From positions 192,001 to 256,000 of the forward strand of contig OZ243972.1 of the NCBI GenBank assembly GCA_965214705.1: a stretch of DNA of 64,000 nt, in the 5' to 3' direction. The translations under genes were made by a program, and so were the position numbers. This document shows, one piece after another, positions 59,787 to 64,000 of the stretch. Under the pieces are notes generated by a model. The model was not told the origin of the DNA and did no database searches. It was given only the letters and a program-made list of their open reading frames with translations. Origin of the DNA: Alphaproteobacteria bacterium (GTDB taxonomy: Bacteria; Pseudomonadota; Alphaproteobacteria; UBA828). Position 1 is the first letter of the stretch, and every line of letters starts with the position of its first letter.

Positions 59787-62165
59787 ATGGCCACCGAACG
59801 AGTCCACGGGTTCTGCGCGCTCTGCTGGTCGCGCTGCGGCTGCATCTCCACGGTGGAGGACGGCTACCTCGTCGCGGTCGAGCCCGACCCCGAGCATCCC
59901 ACCGGCAAGGCGCTCTGCGGCAAGGGCCGGGCTGCGCCCGAGCTGGTGCATCACCCCGACCGGCTGCTCCACCCGCTGAAGCGCACGCGCCCCAAGGGCG
60001 ATGCCGATCCGGGATGGGAGCGGATCGGGTGGGACGAAGCGCTCGACACAATCGCCGACACGCTCAACAGGCTCGCGAAGGAATCGGGTTCCGAGACGGT
60101 CGCGTTCGGCATCACGACGACCGCCGGCACCGCGATGCAGGATGGCTTCGTCTGGGTCGAGCGCCTGCGCCGCGCCTTCGGCAGCCCCAACGCGGCCATC
60201 GCGATGGAGCTTTGCGGCTTCGCCAAGGAGATGGTGTTCCCCCACACCTTCGGTGTGCCGATGCCGGTGGCCGATCTTGCGCAGACCGATTGCTTCATCC
60301 TCTGGGGACACAACCCGAGCACGACCTGGCTCGCGCACGCGACGCGGATCGCGGACGCCAAGGCGCGCGGCGCGAAGCTCGTGGTGGTCGACCCGCGCAG
60401 CGCGGGTCTCGCGAACAAGGCGGATCAGTGGCTCCGCGTTCGCCCCGGCAGCGACGGCGCGCTGGCGCTCGGCCTCGCCGGCGTCATGATCGAGGAGGGG
60501 TGGTTCGACCGGGAATTCGTCACGCGCTGGACCAACGGCCCCTTCCTGGTACGCGACGACACCGGGCAACTCCTCACCGGCGCCGATCTGGACAAGGACG
60601 GCGATCCCGCCCAGCGCATCGCCTGGGACAACACGACGGGCGCGCCGCTTCGCTACGACACGCGCGCCGGCACCTACGAGCGGGAGAACGCCGACCTCGC
60701 TCTCGCCGGGCGTTACGAGATAGCCGGCCCGCACGGCACCATCGCCTGCCGGCCCGCCTTCGACCTCTATGCGGAGCTCTGCCGGCAGTACCCGCCCGAG
60801 CGTGTCGAGGAGATCACCTGGATCCCGGCAGCGCAGATCCGAGAGACGGCGCGGCTCATCGGCACGGCGGGACGGGTCTCGTTCTACGCCTGGGCCGGGC
60901 TTGAGATGCTGGCCAACGCGAGCCAGACCAACCGCGCCATCGCCCTGCTCTATGCCCTCACCGGGAGCTTCGACGCCGAGGGCGGTAACGTGGTGCCGGC
61001 GACCATCCCGACCAACGACGTGATGGCCACCGACCTGATGCCGGAAGACCTGTGGGGCAAGTCGCTCGGCCTCTCGGACCGGCCGCTCGGCCCGGAAACG
61101 CAAGGCTGGATCACCACGGACGCGCTCTACGAGGCAGTGCTGGAGCGCCGCCCCTACCCGGTACGGGCGCTGGTGAACTTCGGCAAGAACATCCTCTACA
61201 CCCATGCCGACGGCGCACGCGGCGCGAAGGCGCTCAGCGAACTCGAATTCATGGTCCACGCCGATCTCTTCATGAACCCGACGGCGGCGTATGCGGACAT
61301 CGTGCTGCCCGTGGCGTCCGCGTGGGAGCGTGAGGGGCTCTGCACCGACTTCCTGGTGGATCAGGAGGCGAGCGCCTACGCCCAGCTTCGGCCGGCGGTG
61401 GTCGAGGCGCGGGGCGAGACCCGCTCCGACATGCAAATCGCCTTCGCGCTGGCCGAGCGCCTGGGCCTCGGCAACCTGTTCTGGAACGGCGATCTGGATG
61501 CGGCCCACCGGCACCAGCTTGCGCCGAGCGGCATCACACTGGAGGCGCTGCGGGCCAACCCGCAAGGTGTACGGGCGCCGCAGCCCGTGCAGCACCGCAA
61601 GTACGCCGCGCCCGTTGACGGCCATCCCGCCGGCTTCGACACGCCGAGCAGAAAGGTCGAGATCTACGCCGAGCGCTTTCTGGAGCACGGCTACGAGCCC
61701 TTGCCCGACTACGTGGAGCCCGCGATCGGCAAGAACGGCGACACCGACGTGGCGGACGCCTATCCGCTCGTGCTCACCTGCGCCAAGTCGACGCACTACC
61801 TGCACAGCCAGAACCGAAACCTGCCCTCGCTCCGGCGCCACGAGCCTGACCCGCTGTTGGAGATCAATCCGGAGACGGCGGCCGCGCACGCCATCGGCGA
61901 GGGCGACTGGGTCACGCTGACCACGCCTCACAACACCCTGCGTGCGCGGGCCCGCTTTGCCGCAAAACTCCATCCCAAGGTGGTGAGCGCCACGCATGGG
62001 TGGTGGCAGGGCTGCGAGGGGCTCTCCCTCCCCGGCTACCCGGCCGCGGACAACACCAACTTCAATGCGGCGATCGGCAACGAGACCATCGACCCCATCG
62101 GCGGCTCAACGCCAAACAACGCCTATCGCTGCCGGCTGGAGCCCCAGACGGCATCCAGCGGTTAG
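59787..62165 (+). CDS. Mo/W-bisPGD oxidoreductase with N-terminal 4Fe-4S (acetylene hydratase-like clade)
   Basis: CALCWSRCG...LCGKG, DRL.HPLKR, W..I.WDEAL, DPR, RPGSD.AL, ADIVLP, TPS.K.E, H.WW. No Tat signal. Confidence 0.88.
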   Translation: MATERVHGFCALCWSRCGCISTVEDGYLVAVEPDPEHPTGKALCGKGRAAPELVHHPDRLLHPLKRTRPKGDADPGWERIGWDEALDTIADTLNRLAKESGSETVAFGITTTAGTAMQDGFVWVERLRRAFGSPNAAIAMELCGFAKEMVFPHTFGVPMPVADLAQTDCFILWGHNPSTTWLAHATRIADAKARGAKLVVVDPRSAGLANKADQWLRVRPGSDGALALGLAGVMIEEGWFDREFVTRWTNGPFLVRDDTGQLLTGADLDKDGDPAQRIAWDNTTGAPLRYDTRAGTYERENADLALAGRYEIAGPHGTIACRPAFDLYAELCRQYPPERVEEITWIPAAQIRETARLIGTAGRVSFYAWAGLEMLANASQTNRAIALLYALTGSFDAEGGNVVPATIPTNDVMATDLMPEDLWGKSLGLSDRPLGPETQGWITTDALYEAVLERRPYPVRALVNFGKNILYTHADGARGAKALSELEFMVHADLFMNPTAAYADIVLPVASAWEREGLCTDFLVDQEASAYAQLRPAVVEARGETRSDMQIAFALAERLGLGNLFWNGDLDAAHRHQLAPSGITLEALRANPQGVRAPQPVQHRKYAAPVDGHPAGFDTPSRKVEIYAERFLEHGYEPLPDYVEPAIGKNGDTDVADAYPLVLTCAKSTHYLHSQNRNLPSLRRHEPDPLLEINPETAAAHAIGEGDWVTLTTPHNTLRARARFAAKLHPKVVSATHGWWQGCEGLSLPGYPAADNTNFNAAIGNETIDPIGGSTPNNAYRCRLEPQTASSG

Positions 62166-62244
62166 AGCGCTCTACGGCCGAACAGAATCTTACCCGCCTG
62201 CATCATGGTCTCTTATTTCGCATGCGGTGCGGCTCAAGAATCCC

Positions 62245-62352
62245 CCCACCTCACCCCGACCCTCTCCGCCCCCAGGGGCGGAGAGGGAGAATTTGGCGGT
62301 GCCGTCTACGTCCCCTCTCCGCCTTCGGGGGAGGGGGACAGGGGGAGGTGGG
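62245..62352. repeat. Palindromic REP/MITE-like intergenic element
   Basis: Outer IR CCCACCTC/GAGGTGGG, internal hairpin CCCTCTCCGCCCC-CA-GGGGCGGAGAGGG and a second CCCTCTCCGCC copy. Lies between convergent genes. Confidence 0.7.
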
Positions 62353-62399
62353 AATAGTTGGGGCCGACCTGATATGGCAAGGTCGGAAAGTGCTCCAAC

Positions 62400-63161
62400 T
62401 CAAAACGCCGAATACCCGTTGTCCACCATGACGTTGGCGCCCGTGACGGTGTCCGAATCGGAGGACGCCAGATAAACGGCGGTGCCCGCCATGTCGTCCG
62501 GCACCATCCACGGATTGCCGACGCCGAAGCGGCCCTGCAGCGCATCCATGAATTCCTGGAGTTCGGCCCGGTAGCCGGCGTTCATGTCGGATTCGACGCA
62601 GCCGGGCGAGAGGCTGTTCACCTGGATGTTGTGCGGGCGTAAATCGAGCGCGAGCGACTTGGTCATCAGCTTGATCGCGCCCTTGGTGGCGCAGTAGACG
62701 GCCGAGGCGGGAATTCCGGTCTCGCCTGCGATCGAGCCGATGTTGATGATCTTGCCGCCGCCGCGGGCCATCATCTGCGGCAGCAGCGCCTGGGCTGCGA
62801 AGTAGGCGCCCTTGACGTTGGTGTTCATCTGGTTGTCCCACTCGTCCTCGCTGGTCTCGCCCGGCATCGTCAGCAGATAGATGCCCGCGTTGTTCACGAG
62901 GATGTCGGCACCGCCGAAGGCCGCCGCCACGGCGTCCGCCATGGCGTTGCAGTCCTGCGTCTGCGCCACGTCGCAGCGGATGGCGGTGGCCTCGCTGCCG
63001 GCGGCCTTGACGTCGGCCACGACCTCATCTGCCGCCTCGGCCGCCGCCTTGTAAACCACGGCCACACGCGCGCCCTCCGCACCGAAACGGCGCGCGATGG
63101 CGGCACCGATACCGCGTGAGCCGCCCGTCACCACTGCCACCTTGTCGTTCAGCCTTCCCAT
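62400..63161 (-). CDS. Short-chain dehydrogenase/reductase (tandem paralog 2)
   Basis: TGGSRGIG, NNAG, GS, YCATK, VNSLSPG, VDNG. Confidence 0.93.
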   Translation of the reverse strand: MGRLNDKVAVVTGGSRGIGAAIARRFGAEGARVAVVYKAAAEAADEVVADVKAAGSEATAIRCDVAQTQDCNAMADAVAAAFGGADILVNNAGIYLLTMPGETSEDEWDNQMNTNVKGAYFAAQALLPQMMARGGGKIINIGSIAGETGIPASAVYCATKGAIKLMTKSLALDLRPHNIQVNSLSPGCVESDMNAGYRAELQEFMDALQGRFGVGNPWMVPDDMAGTAVYLASSDSDTVTGANVMVDNGYSAF

Positions 63162-63221
63162 CGTGGTCTCGTCCTCTGGTTGCGCCGGCGTGCCGGCCAC
63201 TTCGCATTCTTGCCGAGCGGG

Positions 63222-63983
63222 TCAGTAGGCGGAATAGCCTTTGTCCACCATGATGTTGGCGCCGGTGACCGTATCGGAATCCGAGGACGCCAGATAGAGG
63301 GCGGTGCCCGCCATATCGTCGGGCGTCATCCACGGATCGCCCGGCCCGAAGCGGCCCTGCAGGGATTCGGCATAGCCCTCGATCTCGACCCGGTAGCGGG
63401 CGTTCATATCGGTCGCGACGCAGCCGGGCGAGAGGCTGTTCACCTGGATGTTGTGCGGGCGCAGGTCGAGCGCGAGCGACTTGGTCAGCAGCTTGAGCGC
63501 GCCCTTGCTGGCACAGTAGATCGCCGAACGCATGATGGCGGTCTCGCCGACGATCGAGCCGATGTTGATGATCTTGCCGCCGCCGCGGGCCATCATCTGC
63601 GGCAGCAGCGCCTGAGCGGCGAAGTAGGCGCCCTTGACGTTGGTGTCCATCTGCCGGTCCCACTGGTCCTCGGTGGTCTGGCCGAGGTCGGTCAGCAGGT
63701 GGATGCCAGCGTTGTTGACGAGGATGTCGGCGCCGCCGAATGCCGCTGCCACGTCCTCCGCCATGTCCGCGCACGCCTTGGTCTGCGCCACGTCGCAGCG
63801 GATGGCGGTGGCCTCGCCTCCGGCAGCCTCGATCCCCGCCACGACCTCGTCCGCAGCCTCGGCCGCCGCCCGGTAGACCACGGCAACGCGCGCGCCCTCC
63901 GCAGCAAAGCGGCGCGCGATGGCGGCGCCGATGCCGCGCGAGCCGCCGGTCACCACCGCGACCTTGTCGTCCAACCTTCCCAT
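63222..63983 (-). CDS. Short-chain dehydrogenase/reductase (tandem paralog 1)
   Basis: TGGSRGIG, NNAG, GS, YCASK, VNSLSPG, VDKG. Confidence 0.93.
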   Translation of the reverse strand: MGRLDDKVAVVTGGSRGIGAAIARRFAAEGARVAVVYRAAAEAADEVVAGIEAAGGEATAIRCDVAQTKACADMAEDVAAAFGGADILVNNAGIHLLTDLGQTTEDQWDRQMDTNVKGAYFAAQALLPQMMARGGGKIINIGSIVGETAIMRSAIYCASKGALKLLTKSLALDLRPHNIQVNSLSPGCVATDMNARYRVEIEGYAESLQGRFGPGDPWMTPDDMAGTALYLASSDSDTVTGANIMVDKGYSAY

Positions 63984-64000
63984 CGTGGTCTCGTTCCTTC

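Overview
High-GC bacterial chromosome window, most likely alphaproteobacterial, judged from the lpoA/rsmI-yraN-BON-gshB, aapJQMP and trxB-LysR synteny. The first ~23 kb is mostly housekeeping: DEAD helicase, tRNA-Gly, gshB, rsmI, lpoA, amino-acid ABC transporter, trxB, an LsrB/VtlR-like regulator, msrP and aspartate aminotransferase. It also holds an unannotated multi-hairpin sRNA, an IS1634 inserted into the 3' end of an aminotransferase, and next to it a non-autonomous IS1595-derived cassette with frameshifted passenger genes. The remaining ~40 kb is a catabolic island with no recognisable regulator, built around an expanded set of ATP-dependent hydantoinase/oxoprolinase-family subunits (5 B, 2 A). 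Three close B paralogs carry Lys/Arg-rich N-terminal tails, appear to share one A subunit and each sits beside different tailoring enzymes (SnoaL/NTF2 pair, cupin plus PPOX-type protein, PhyH dioxygenase). The island also encodes an omega-transaminase, CoA ligase, acyl-CoA dehydrogenase, an HMG-CoA-synthase-like/DUF35 fusion with an SCP2-type thiolase, a MaoC hydratase, five SDRs, a Liv-type ABC importer and an acetylene-hydratase-like molybdoenzyme. All calls come from motif recognition by eye; no database searches were run.
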